Shown here: positions 1 through 15,000 of the stretch, piece after piece | Layout: each line of letters begins with the position of its first letter | How positions within the stretch are numbered: position 1 is the first letter of the stretch | NCBI GenBank assembly: GCA_040954595.2 | Contig: CM082578.2 | Span: 11,477,166 to 11,541,165, forward strand | Source of the DNA: Balanoglossus misakiensis | Lineage: Eukaryota > Animalia > Hemichordata | Reading direction: 5' to 3' | DNA length: 64,000 nt | Position numbers and translations under genes: made by a program | Notes under the pieces: generated by a model | The model's input: only the letters and a program-made list of their open reading frames with translations | The model's database searches: none | Told to the model about the DNA's origin: nothing

Positions 1-3000
1 AAAAGAAGGACGATCGGTGATTGGAGTATTAGCGCGGTGATTACAAACAGATCGCCCCCGCTCGCTAAATTAAGACACAGTTGTGCGTGGAGGGCTGTCG
101 AAGGCCACAATAAAGAAATGTACCCCTCCGTCTGTCAGCAGGACGATATATTAAACGCTCAGATACCCTGAAGCATAAATGGACAATTTTGTCCATTTCG
201 AACAGAGGATTGAAACCCATTATCGCCGGCATTTCATCCCAAACACACGCACGCACGCACGCACGGACATGTGCCTCCCTCCGCGTGCACAAGCACACTA
301 TCGACTAAAGTGAGACGAGGAGGGTAACATTTCTTCTTCCACGTTGCATCCACTTTATCCACAAATGTCCTTTTTTGGCAGAACGGACTAAATGTCCGAC
401 AAGAATCATGATAAACTCCAACTTGTATCTTATCTAAAAATTAAAAGTCCAGGAGCTGGATTAGGTTACCGTCCAATTAAAAGCGGCGCAAGGCCGGTCG
501 GATGTTGCCGCATGCGCCATTGTCAAATGGTGGCACACCAAACATCTGTCAATGCCAAAAGCCAGTTACAGTATCTGGGCGCACAGAAGATAAGTCAAAG
601 TCCGTATATCAAAACTTGTCATCTTGTTGCCAAAGCTAAAAGTAGAATATAGAGACCGATTGCAGTTGTAATGTGGTAGTTGATCGCAATTAACCCAAAA
701 CGTCGGCTTCTCAAAGTTGGGCGCTCGTCAACTAACTCCCGATTTGCATGCGCACAAAACAACTGCACTCTCAAGTTCAAATTTCTCCCTTTCAAATGCA
801 AAAGAAGTCTGAGCTGCGAGATGAACATTACACAATGAACTGGTCTGACCAGCCCTGAAGACGTAACTCGTAATCAGAGGCTTGTTCTTTCACTAATTAC
901 AAAACGTCGAATCATCTGCCGCGATAACCACGAGTGCGTATAAAGAATTACAGGTCCCATCTACTGATTTTATGTCCCCAAGGCAACGCAGAGCGCGCAG
1001 ATTACTTGTTTAGATTAAAGATTCGACAGAATCAGGTATTCCAAATGCAGCCTGAGATTTTCCAGCGTCCGTCCAAAAGCCTAAATTAAACTGGCTGTGC
1101 TGTAAGCTACGATTTTCCGGTCAGAAGACATGAATTCTGCGGAGGCGGGCAGAAGGGGGGAAATACTTGGATATTTTGTCACCGTCTCGACTGTGAGTGA
1201 CTGCGCCATCGATGGAATGGACGTCGACGGCGTGGATGGATGGATGGATCGCCGACTTGAGAAATTTTGCAGAAAGATTTTCAGAGTCGCCGAGTTTCTG
1301 TCTTAATTGGAGGGAAGTGATTAAAATAACGCAGCGGCGCCATCGCAGTGTTTTCGCTTTATCTCTGTTAATTCTTTCAAAAGTGTGATATGAACAATGC
1401 CGGATATATCATTCGATAATCTCCGTGATTCGATTCATTTGTGAGGAGAAGAAGAAATCATGTTTACTACATTCGAGCCTTGTGGTATCAGTTATCGTCA
1501 ATTTACAGGTTTGCCTCGACATTAACAGCCATCTTATTGATTTCCCACTTCCCGAGATAACACGAAATTAAAAAACTTCGTCGTCGGTATTAAGTACTCT
1601 TCAAAAATGAAAAGCGTCGCGATGTGTTTCAGAAAAAAATGAGGGGGGAAGAAAGGGCTAGGGTAGCGGACAATAGTCTAATGATTTTTATGAATTTGAT
1701 CGGGGTGGTAGAAAACGGTAGTCGGCTGGAAATCCCGATGAAGAAAAGAGAAACAAACTCCCGACATTGAAAAAAAAATGAAAATTCATCAGCCCATGGG
1801 AAATCATCTTGAAAACTTGCCGTGGATTTCTGTTTGGAACAGGCAGGAAACAATGAAAGAAAACATAAAGCAGACAAAATTTCAATCAAAGACTGTCCAA
1901 AACACCGCCCGCAGCTACGCGCGGTTGTTTAGCTGCAACTGAAAATAACGTATAAATATTTGATAAGTGAGGGGTTTGCATTAGTGAGATTAAAACGTAA
2001 GGGAAAGCCAGCTCCACGATGAAATGAATTACAAATGAAATCAATGGTATTCATAGAAATTTAAAGCCGTGCATTTGTTACAATGATTTCAGTTGGGAAA
2101 GATGTTACCCTGCAAAAAAACATATATAGAACTCGCTGAAGATGGACCCTGTGATTATTCAACTTTCTCTAGAATCCTCGGGGAACCGAAGACTCAAATT
2201 GTGGTTTCTTATCTGAGCTGACCCTGTGTGCGTTCTGGAACTCGCAAATGACGACTGCTGCTCATTATCAGATACAAGTATGAAATGAACACGATTTTTG
2301 CACCCGGAAAAAAAACGCGCGCGGATCTTTCTTTATGAGAAAAATCGGCGGCTTCTTGTCTCTGCGTTTATGCCGTTGCCTGCACTTGGAAATATATTCT
2401 GGGACTGAAACGTACATTAGTGAAATTTACAAAACTTTACACCTAGTCGATGGAAGCGATCGATTGTAATGGTGAGATATGTCGAGATAGTTTTCACAGC
2501 TGATGGCTAGAGTTTTCTTAATTGGAGATCGCGCGAGCGCAAAGACAAACCATGGCAAGATCAGGTTGCCTTGGTGAATTAATACAGCGTCTTTTTTTCT
2601 TCTAGAGGACAACGGTCGAGACCATGCAAATGAATTATCCGCTTCTTGGCAGGGCATTGAGCGATTTCATCGGAAAATAACAAAATGATTATTTATCTAC
2701 CAGGAGTGGAGACAAAAAACGCCCATCAGTGCCGATGTGAGATAAAAGAGCATGTCGAGAGATAAAAAATTATTAAAATCAAAGTAACGGGAAGACCATA
2801 AATAAAAGATCGCGCCCTGTGTTGAAATGAACAAAGGGGGATGTATATCGATATTTGGCGATAACATATATTCTTATTTCAACAGTTTCTCAGTGTTCCT
2901 GCGCACCGGGCTTTACTGCGCTTGCTTGTTTATTTTTCACGGTGTATCTTATCGGCGAACTTTCATCTCTGACAAAAGCGGCTGTTATTCGATGTCTGAA

Positions 3001-6000
3001 AACTAGTTTTCGACAGGGAAATGGAATGTGAGCTGCCCAGCACCAAAAAGGTCACGTGTTAAAGAAAAATCAAAGCAGGGAGACCTCTCCTCGAATCCTC
3101 CACTGACCCCCCCCCCCCCCCGCCAACACTGACACTGAGCTGCGTGGTATTTACACGTGCTAAACAGCTCTGGCTTGAGAGGACACCATATAGCCGATTG
3201 ATGCTCGAGCATATACATGTATATATACAATGACGGTTTTTTGAGATATCGCAATAATTCGGCACTGCTGAAGATTCTCATTAGCGGGAGCCGTCTCGAT
3301 GCACGTGTACTCCGAGGATCAGATTTCACCAATGATCAATCGGAAGGGTCTAATTCCTATTCCCTTAACCCTATGCCCCTCTTATGAATACTGAAACCCC
3401 CTGGGGGGGGAACGAACCACCACTAAAATCGGTTATGAACCAAATATTGCACAGGAGTGCTTCAAGAAACATCGGGCGGCAGCGGTGGCAGAGGCGGGAT
3501 TTGCCACTCCCAGATGTCTACTCTCCACCAAAGGGATTGCCGTGTTCGGCAAATTGTCTCATTTAGAGGTTTTTATCCAGTTGCAGTTTTCCCTCCATCC
3601 AGCAGAAATTCAAAATGCTACGATACTGTCGTTTATTTAGGTAACGTCAGATACATTGGTTACTGACAAACTCTCCGTATATGCTATCTGTTGTTGTTTC
3701 AGGTATTATAAACTAAATACTTATTTTTGTGTGTCGTATATTTAAGTCTGCACAACAAAGGCTGGGTATGGAAAGTATGCCGTTTGGTTCTTTAGGATAA
3801 GGATAACAGTGTATGGCATACGCTGATGGAGTCAACATCATACACATGACGTAACATGCATTGTGTAGCGAAGGACGTGGCGTATCGATTGATGTTAATG
3901 GCCATGATACAGACTTGGGTCGGAGAATACTTTACAGAGAATATAGGACAGGCAAACTGATGATGAAGTGGTAGAGGAAGGGATTCTAACAAAGAATAGT
4001 GCCGAAAGGAAAATATGATAGAGAGACAGAAGCAGAGACAGACAGACAGTGGGATGGAAAGAACAGACCAGACCAGACCAGACCAGAACAGAGAGCAGAC
4101 AGGGACGAAAAGAGAAGGAGCGGGGGTTTCAAAATCCATCATAAGACGGTGTTCGCAGCGGGACTGGTGTGTTATTGTAAAGTCATTACCAGTATTTGGT
4201 ACGTGCATCCGAACGAACCCCCAAAATGAAAAATGGCTGTGGATTCAAAGGGATTAAGAAATGAAATCGATTGTGAATTGATGGCGTTCAACGCTTTCTC
4301 GTGGAGGAAATCTCACACGGGATTTTATATTCAGTCCATCTTTTTCTCCCTGTCTCTATCGGGATAGGTAGATTTTGGCTAGATATCAGAATTCCGAGTC
4401 TTAACGACAAATGCATACGATAGAGCGGTAAATCTCTGCTTTGGATTAACCTCCAACACAGCGCTGTAGAAAGATGAAAACTGCGGCATCTCGCTGGGGA
4501 GCGAATCTTTGATTAAATCATCAATAATGAATCGTGATATTATACCTAACACAGACATAAAACGATGCCATGTTTAGCCCTTCACTTGAAATTAATATCA
4601 GCGCTACAAATCCAACTTAATGCCACAGAAGAATGTGTAGTGTCGCCTGAAATGCATTCGCCATGATTACTAATTCCCTAAACGCTTTGCCCCTGACAGC
4701 TTTGGGCGGCCATATCGCTGAATGATCCATAAGTATAGTTACCGCTACTGTATAATATTAACTCCCAAATCCAGATTCGGTTTTGTCTCTTTTCTTCCAG
4801 TTGATTTGCCTATAGTCTAACTTTGCTTAATGCTCTTATGTATGTTTTTTTGCATCAATAGTTGATAAAAATGCTCGCATGGGCCAGTTTACGTTGTCTA
4901 CTACTTTTGTGCTCATTTGTTTGTTGTTATCTTGATTAGAAGATAGAATCGGGAACAGTTATGACTTTGCAACATTTCTCCCATTAATACGGGCGCGGAA
5001 AATGGACAACCAGCTTCAATTTTGGAGGAGGTGTCGCGTACCGGTGGATCAATTACCCCTCCTTATCTAGTTTACCCCCCCCTCCACTTACTTACATACA
5101 AAACAATACATACACTTTTAACGTCAGTTGCAACTAACTCATGATCATTTTAAGATGATTTGAATCCTCGTCAGATGTTTCTCCCAGACCTGTTTGCGCG
5201 ACGACATCATTCTGCTGATCGTATGCGGGCGGCAACATTTGATAGCATCTGTCTTCGGGCTTTAGGACTGCACTAAAGCTACGATGGGTGCTCCATTCTT
5301 CCAAGTATAACTTCATATTTGTAGGACTTCGGGGAAATAGCATCATCAAAGGACTCGCCCAAGGTCAGCGTGCAGTGGAGTCGGGGCGCTTGAAAAGCCT
5401 GCAAATGTTGTGAAAAACACACCGTGAAAAATTTCCATATAGACGAATCTGTATTGCGCGCCTTGCGACTCAGCTTCGGTGACTGCGCAGTGCAGTGGGG
5501 ATGACAATCTGACTGTCCACAGGCGCCGGGCAACAAAAAGGGAGAGGGGTTTCATCGCCTACCACCATTGAGACTAAATTCATATTTTTTAAAAACCAGT
5601 CTTCCGTACCAACAATGACATGTGCACGTACACGTTCACCAGCCAAATTCAGAAACACAAAATATCATTCATATCGCTACATTTCATCGGTGTCGGTCTT
5701 ATCTTTGGTCAACTCTGCCAAGGCAAATTAAATCAACTGGTCATGTTAATCAAAGTCGCCTTTTTATGGGGCGCGAGGTGTATTAAAGCAAAACCGCTGT
5801 AGACATTAAAGGGACAAAGTAGTTCACTCTTGAAATTATTTTGCCAGTTTGGTTTCTATTGATAGATTATTTGAGATGTTCTACTCATTGAAAATGCTCA
5901 ATCGCCGGTTGGTTGCAACTTAACTTGCACCCTGTATTTGATTTGTGATATTGAATACTAATATGGTGCAATTTTTAGGGCTGACCTAAAAGTAAGTGAT

Positions 6001-9000
6001 GGACGTATTCATATGTTGTGTACATGAGTTAAGACGTGACATCCGGGCAATGAGCAGAACAACAAAAATCATGAAACGATAGTACAACAAGCACAATAAT
6101 GTCAAAAGTTGATTTTAGTACACATGAAATGTTGAAATGTGAAAATGACAGTCTTATTGCAAATTTTGCTACAGGGCCCATGGTTACTTTGTGATCCCGT
6201 TGTTCACATCAAACAAGCTCTCTCTTACAAGCTCTCTGTTGATAAGCTGTGATAATACTAATCGTAGATCATCACATTTTGGTTTATGTATATTTCAACA
6301 TTAATCAGGGGGTAATTTCTCCGTGAAATTCTGATGATAAGGTGCCTGGGGCATTCCTATACAAATGATGGCATGGCATGGCAATACAGTACACCCTTTG
6401 TCTATAGCACGTAACTGTTTATTCGAAACAACATATCACATATGTGGGCCTTTCACTGTAACAAGCGGATGTCGTCTGTCAAAACTGAATGAAGAATGAA
6501 CCTTGTTTAAAATGGTGGATGCAGCGTCATTGGGCAGGGGGATTTCCTGTCACGCATCTGCGAGGGCGCTGTAAATTCAGTCAAAATCACGTTACTGCAT
6601 GGGGAAACCAGCTCAGGTTTGCCTCGACGTTGGAGCGTGTCAGTACTGACAGTCAGGATTGAAGGGGAAGAAACCACGTTTAATTTTTGAAGAAGTTTTA
6701 AAATCTCGTTTTATAATCTCCGGATGAGACACCGTTGTGCCGTACGCACAATCAATGGAAACGCTCAAAAACCGCATATTTTATCACACTCACTTCCATA
6801 CACGCCTTTTCACTAGATAATCTTTCTAAGGGCTTCGTACAGCGCTGTTTAGGCCGGAAATCTTGCTGGGATTTCCGCAGGATGTGACAATAATGAAAAT
6901 TCCCACATCACTTCTTGGTATAACAGACAAAATAGTTTCGGTGTTTGTAACTTCAGCACAAAATGTCTATAAGTAGGACAAAAACGCGCCAAAAAATCAG
7001 TTATTGCACACTTTCTAACCAATCAGAAAAGACAACCGCTGACAATCGCCAATTATAGTCACATAAACTCACTAAAACGCATCCTTACTCGAACCCACAT
7101 ATAAAGGGAACGTTAGTAATATCAATGTTTTTCCGCAAACTTATCTGACATTTACACTGTGTTCATTAAATATTTACACCGGTCATTAAAATTGAAGCCC
7201 TGGCAGCGGCATTTTTACGTCTTTTTTTTTCTTTCACACGTCACAGTGCTTTTTACTCTCAATTACACCTTTTTCAGCAATATAAACAGTGTCGGAATTG
7301 ACATGTCTAATCCGCAGTGGCCAATCCATGTGCCATATACGTTGGGGGTAAAATGAATTCAGGTTTATATTTCTCCTCCCAAGTGTAAACGCTTCCCAAA
7401 CCATAAATTTATACTGCGGCGTTTTGTTAATGAATGTAGAAAAGTCAAATATCGTTAACTGTCTGACTGGATTTTTGTTCCGTATATCCTCATACAACAG
7501 CCAGATTTCTATAAGGTTTGTGATTAGATTGAAACTCCCGCCCTGTAAACCCCGACATTCCAAAACTCTAGTCTTATTACATGCAAAACTATAACAATCT
7601 TATAGGTGCCTCACTCCATTTTTTTCTGTTCTCGATTTCCGCTCCCTCAAGCATGATGAAGTAGCCTTTATTTTGTTAAATTATATTCCGATGTCCTTGA
7701 AGACTGATGAGGAATTATTGGGCGATGAACGCTTAGAAAAGTTTGCATATGAATGGAGATAATTGCAAAAGAAGTCTTTGTTCCATCTTTGTAATCTATA
7801 CAAAAAAAATACAGTGATGTAATTAAAGGGGCAAATGTCCTTGCAAGCTTGCTGCATATATGAAATCTCCCCTCTCTTGGAAATAAGTTACGGACGCTCC
7901 CTATAGTCGCGGCACAACTCTGACACGCCTGGTTGCTTTACACTGCACGCGTGCATTAAATATAGTGACAAGCAGTACTCGAACATCAACAAACCATTAG
8001 CAGCGTGTCTTTTGTTTCGCTGAAACCACCCAAGCCATCCAAAATGTTCGCATTTACATCTCGCGCGATTTACTTGGCTAGTCACAGGTGGAACAGCGTC
8101 TGTGACACTTGATTGAAACCGACGATAGATTTTCTACATTGCTGACTGCTGAACGTTGTGTGATCGAACTATCTCAGCCACTGTGGTGAACGCCCTGGCG
8201 ATGTCTCAATTGCTTACGTTTTATTATTTTGAAAGAAAATTGTAGATCTCCGTGGCCACGTCGGACAGACCGCGACGGAACGCCGGTTATCACAACAGAC
8301 CCTCCACTCGTTATTTTGATAACTTGTAGGGTGCTGCCAATGTTATTTCAGAACCTATGGGCCCTGTGTCAACATTTTGTGTTGATTTATTATTCTTGGT
8401 GATGAGGGTTGGGGCCACCCCCTGGTGATGTCCGAAATCCACGATGTCTGAAGCAGCGAACAAAATGCTGAATTAGTCGAACGGCACGAGAAATTGAACT
8501 TAATGTTTGTTAGTCCCGCCGGAAGAAGTCGGTTGTGGTGGTGGTGGGGGGGGGGGGGTATGTATTTGCGAACAGTCCGTCCAATAGTCTGGGTTCTGAA
8601 GCAAAGATAAATGCGCAGTGTTCTCAACATCGCCTACGTGTCCACAATCGTCATTGCCAATGTTTTCATGATCGTAAGCGGGAACTATGTCATTGACAAT
8701 AACTCGTTAGATCATCGATAATATCTGAAGTGCTATACTCGGAATAAGTCAAGCGTACACGGCCCATAACACATCACGTGAGATATGAACCTATATTCCA
8801 CTTTTTTATCTGACATCAAGATGTCGGTGGAGAAGACGACCACCGAGAGGTCCTGTAAAAGGCACCCGTATCTCCGCATAAGGTCACGTATCCACACAGC
8901 GTTTATGGGATTTTGCGATAGCGGTCCCATCGCAATAAAAAAATCTCCGACTGTAGATATCGCGAGAAAATAAAATCAGATCACTGTTCCTCCTCGTGTA

Positions 9001-12000
9001 ATTATCTGCTGGTCATCCGAGTCAGAAACATTAGGAAAAGTAGACGATGACATCGTCTCCAGCCGATACTGAATGTTCAGTAATCTGGGATAAGCAGCAA
9101 TTGTTGGCTGATCGCCGACTGCATATCGTTCACTCACTCGACCCCGACTCCATTGTTTCTGCTTCTCTTGGTTTTCGACACAGCTTATTGAGCAAATCTG
9201 TTGAGTTGAGTGGAATCTAGGCGCTTAAAACGTAATTTAGTTTTGATGGATCAAAATCGGTTACCTCGCCAGGTGCAACCATCTTGAAACACCAAGTCGC
9301 ATTTTCATGTTTTTTCTCCTTGGTTGCTTTTAGACTGGTTTATATAAAAAACAATTGTATTCTTGATGCTTCGCCAAGACAGATGTTATGATTGCGAAAC
9401 ATATTTCTCCGCTGTCCGTAAACAGACAACTAGAAGGCCTCGTGTAAATTACATCGCCTGTGTATATTTCACTCAATAATACTCTCTTTACTTCCTCTTT
9501 AATGAACAATGTACGCGTACACAAGAGACAGGTCGATTTCCTCTGAAATGTACGGCAGCAGTCAATCTTTAATTCAGTGCACTATACGTGCGAGTGCAGC
9601 TTACCAGTGTCGCGATGATTAAATCAGTTAATTTCTCTAAAAGGTTGGAATGCTAAATATTGTTATCAATGCACAGTCAGTGGAGAATCCGGAGAATCGC
9701 AATATTTTCAAACATCTAGGTCAAATAAGGGATTTCTGTTGAAAGTTGACAGAAATATTCACCGACGACCATGTTTTTTTTGTTCCGTCACTGCTTTTAC
9801 AAGAACCTCTCAAAGATACTCTTTCAAAGCGTCTAACATCTTAGACTCTGCTTCTACAGAAACCGACTATGGCTCCCCACTTTGGTTCAGAGCAAAAAGC
9901 TTGAAATAAAATTCATGAAAAATACAGGCCCTGACTCAATCGAAGTGAGTGAAAAAATCTGAGATGAGCGAAATTGTGCGCGATGAGTGGGGTCAACGCT
10001 GAAGAGCACCCTCGTGTACGTACTGTTCCGTGACACAGAATTACACAAGCTCGAGTTGAGATGCTGGAATGAAACATAAACGGTGCCAGGCACTTGACAT
10101 CTCGCGTGGGAAATGAGACCAGAGTGACGGAAGGGACAAAAGAAATCTTTCAAGCTACTTTATCCTCCATTTTCCCCCCGAACACTTCGCTAAACATCAC
10201 TTTGAGCAGTGCATTGAAGATGCGCAAAATGCAATTGGAAAAGCATCATCGCTCAATTGTCATCCCGATGTATTAAGGGCCGGTGGGAGAGAATTTCTCT
10301 ATTAACTACTTCATGCTTTTTAACATATGCCCATAGAACACCCCAATTAATGCACGCCTATTAAAAAACGCTACACTGGCGGCGAAATAAAACAAGGCAG
10401 TTCGGGGTAGCGGGGCTGTGTTCGTGCCAAAGGCCAAACTAATCTATCCCGGCGCTCGACGCGTCTGCCTCTGAAAATGCCGCATAGCCATTCCTACTCA
10501 ATCTACTGGGCAAATCTCCTGTGACTAGGTGATCCGTGTACAAATAAATGAACGCTAGCTGTTGTTATTACCACTGTTGATTGCCGAGGTTAGAGGTTGG
10601 ATGGACCAGGCTCCTCGACATGGCTTCCGCGAAACACCAGAATAAAGAGGAGATAAAACAAATTCTGCCGAACGAATCGAGTGGAAAATAACATGCTTTG
10701 CAAGAGGTCAACGGTCGCTCGCTAAACACTCCGCTGTGTCGACAGTAAAAGTAAATCCGAGTTAACGCTATTTTCCTCCAATATTAGCCATTTTGAAGCT
10801 TCTGTCGTCCCATCAGCGTATTGAAGCGCGAAAAAAACAGGCAAATATATTGCCTGAGTGACAACGACATATTAAAATTTCACGTGTGGACTTAAGCGTA
10901 TTCCCTCGTATTCATGGCATGCATTAATGTCAGAACATCTATACTTGAAGTCTCCGTGTAAATCCCCGTGACCGAACTTGCACATAGGCCATAACAAGTT
11001 TCAGTCGCCATTTTGAGTATAATATGAGAAATGTGTGACGTCAGAAACTTCGCGATATGAATCTGATAATTTATCTTTATCGATATTGTCTGGTTGTAGC
11101 ATTAAATTAACCGACCGACCACACAGGTCTGTCTGTGAGATGGTCTCCTAATGATCCGTGTAGTCTTTCCCATTATCGATCGCCAGATGAGTTGAACGCG
11201 GAAATGTTCGCGAAAGTATGAAATTTAGAGAAAAAAAAGGGGGGGGGGGTATTAGCTATCTTCTTCATTGTTTTCGCTAATGGAATTCACAAATCACAGA
11301 ACTATTACATTTGTATGAATATCGGCAAATACTAGTACGTGCACACGCTGGAAGAAGGAATCTCGGTACTTCAGAAAAATAATGTTTGCATAGAACGTTC
11401 AGGTTTTTTTCAAGACAGAACAGCACCCGGCGTTACTTGAATAATTGGCATAATTCTCATTACGAAATGCCGCATCAGTGCCGGGATGTCTCTGTCGGCT
11501 ATTACGCCGAATCGCAGTAATTAATGGGAATATCTTTTGGGTCGTTGAACGAGATATTGGCTGCGGAGTAACTGACAACAAACACAGCTGGCTGACTCAG
11601 AACTGTTGGCTGAGCGACGCGACTCCGGAGAGCCAATACTTATACTTGCGTTGCACTAAATTGCAGCGCCCGGAGCGTTGAGCAATGAAATTAAGAGTTA
11701 GCAATTTCCAAGCCGAAGATTGTCGTTTCTGGTTACATCGTCCGCAGGAATTCCGATTTAATAGTCACTTGCAGCGAACGTTTCAAGTGCTCTGTCATGT
11801 TGCAACGCTGAGCCGTGGCAGGAAATTGACAAACGCCTGTCAGTTTTCTTTCTCGTGTGTGTATAATGTGTGGCAGTGCTGACTGAAAACGACTTCTGAC
11901 CCGACACTCACCTCACTCACAGAGATTCTCCCGTTTCCAACCTCTTCTTGCAGCGTGCATGGAGGAGGTTTAACATAAAAAGCTCCTACAAGCGAACGTT

Positions 12001-15000
12001 GGACCTTAAATTAGCTAGCTTTAGTGTGTTGCGCAACCGACGACACACATGCTGCACGCGGTTGATAGTGAGTGAGAGGAAAACACCGCATGTATTTGAA
12101 GGCGGCGTTGGTGTTAATTTCCGCACAGACACGGCCAACGATGGAATCGTTGGAGATGCGCGTCTTATCAGCGGTCGAGCTGGGAAGGGTTATTATCTTA
12201 TCTCGAACCCATAATAGCTATACCGTTTTGGTTTTATCAGACTCAACCCAAAGTATGCATAGCCTACCATATGCCTCGTGTCACATTTACATGCATGTAC
12301 TTTTTGTTTAGTGTTGGAATCGTTCAATCGCTTGAGAAGACCAATTTTATTTATTTACACCAGTTCGTATTACAATTACATCTTATTATGCGCTCCAAAA
12401 CAAAAAGTGATTAGCGGGATGAAGATTTATAGCCCCAATAGACTTGCCATGCATTATCTTACGACTTTTTGAGGTTACTGTATTACACGTTCGTATTTAC
12501 ATGTGTATTGCGGTGCTAAAAGATTAGCAGAATTGCATCAGTAATTTGTGGGAGAGAGTGGGAAAGAAGCTGGAGACAGGGACCAGCACTGAGACAGACG
12601 TGAGACAGACGGACAAACGGACAGACAGACAAATTTGTTAGATCCAGTAAAGAAATATAAATAACTGTATGTTTAACGTAGAATAATTTAAAGAAAAATA
12701 TAATATTTTCGGGTAAATGCGGTCCCGGTGACCCAACGACAAGTTTTGACCCGTTTAACCAAGTGGTACCGATTATAAGTGAATTCCTGGCTGTCACACT
12801 CAATCGCCAATCCTGTGGTTTGACGGCTCGAATCCAGCCCTAGAAAAACACGCGATATAGCCTAATGGCCAAACAGAAAAGCAGCGCCGAGAGGCAGTTT
12901 CGTCTGCCTCCTTTTCCAAAATAAATTTCTGCGTGTGTGTGTTTTCGCGGCTGGTCGTTGGTCTAGACGCCTAGAACACTGACTACAGCTGTCTCCGGAG
13001 CATGTCTACTCAGCTCACAGTGGCCGAGACCACCTGTTATTCAGTAACTTCAAACACGTCAAAGCATCTATGGTGTTCTCGCATGATATTCTGTTTCCCT
13101 CTCTGTCGATACGATCCGATATTCTTCTGTAATAGATTTATTAATAGATGTAATGGAATTATTTAAAATAAAATAAAACAATGCACTTTATTAAAGGAGT
13201 TATATAACCAAGTTGAATTTCGTCGTTTCAGGAACAGTTTCTATTCCAGTTGAACATGTTATCAGATCGTATATTAAATTCTGCCATTAGCCTATCTGGA
13301 AATTCCGTGCCATTTTAAAAAATAAACATGTTCACATTTGCAAATACATGTATATGATTTCACTGGCCAACGGTGCGAAAACAACACGAGTTTGTTCGTT
13401 TTGCATGGCCATATATTCCTTCATCTCCTTCACAAAAAATCAACAAAACTTTATATACTAGTACTCATTGATTTTTAAACGTTCCTTAGCAACCGTTGCC
13501 TGGCACTTTGAATCATTTGGTATCGCCTTAATTGTGTGATTTGCAGAATGAGTTTCTTCTCGTCTCCTGTTTACCCTGAATAGCCAAATGAAATTGGCGC
13601 GCTGAAAGGGAACAGAAATCCGAAACACACAATCCCCATTGTCCGCCGCTGACAAAACCACCATAAAATATTCAGGGGCACCGTCAACTTTTTTTCTCAG
13701 TATTTGTGCAGTCTCTGGTGGAGATGCATTGGTCTAATTTTAGTAATTCGCCGAGATATTAGAATGGATGCGATCGTATTACCAAGAGATGAAAGCGGTC
13801 CGACAAAGTTTGACGTTCCACACGGTTTATTCATGCCGATTTCGATTTCATAAAAAACATGAAAAAAGATATTGATTTCACTGCATGAAAATGGAAAATG
13901 CACACTCCAGATTCTTTTTTTTTTCTCCCACCCAAGTCACCACGGATGCGGTGAAATTGATAACTAGATGATAGATGGTGTTAAGTCAAAGTGATTGGAT
14001 TTGCGCGCGCGAGTCCCTTTGTGGAACATTTATGTCAATTTCATCATTTGCAGATTTCGTGTCTATTTCAAAACCATAAAAAACCGCTCCGAAGCGATAG
14101 CTATTCTGAATGTCGTAAATCGAGATATACTGCCCAAAAGTCATGATCCTCTGGGAAATTGTCATGTAATTTTTCTCCATCTGATCTCCTGGGTGTCTTC
14201 AATCCGTTTCTCCGAGACAGCTCTCCGCTGACAAACTGCCTGCAAAACAGACAGGTCAAAATTAAAGAAATATATTAATTATATAATGATAGGTCCGTTT
14301 TTGTTCGGGAAGACTGTTGCGTTTAAAAAGGTCACTCCCGGTGGACCGACACGTTTACAATCATATCTCACATTACGACGAAATGGAAACTCATATCAAT
14401 AAATATTTCACTGATTGAATTTAATTAAATCCCTGTCAGATACAAGAGGCTTGTCAATATCATCACGTTGATTGCAAAATGTGTTCATTCCCCCCCTTAA
14501 TGATACCCCGGTAGATTTCTCGACTTGTGTCACGGGATTCGAGCTCGGTTTAATGTCCCGACTTTTACCAAATTGCACTCAGTCGATTGAACTGGTGTTA
14601 CTTGTGGCGCGGTGTAAACTGACTGTAGATTTACCGGTTCGACTGCCGGTTTGATATTGAATCTTTGTTTTGCTGTAAACTTGGAGTGGGGTCACAAAAG
14701 TCGGTGCGCGGCACAAGCAAATTACAGGCCTTGCACAGAAACACCTGACAACCGCGACTGACAATGATTGAGGCGTCCTTCCGCAGTGACCCGGTGAAAC
14801 TTCGCTTATTTTCGCTTAATTAGCCGCCATAACCCACACGCGGCGATAAATGCGGGCTTTGGTGTTAGTCCTGCCTGAGTTTGCGGATTCCCATGCATCG
14901 CCGACTGCGTTGTCCATACTAAATAGCTATTTCCATATGAATGCAGCTGTCCCCCCCCCCCACCACCCATACAGGTCTGCATCCACCACTTTACATGTTG

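Noticed and set aside
177-198. Palindrome AAATGGACAA-TT-TTGTCCATTT
   Set aside because: A single 10-bp stem with no supporting context; too short for a pre-miRNA.
3999-4257. ORFs over (CAGAC)n and purine-rich sequence
   Set aside because: Low-complexity simple-repeat translations.
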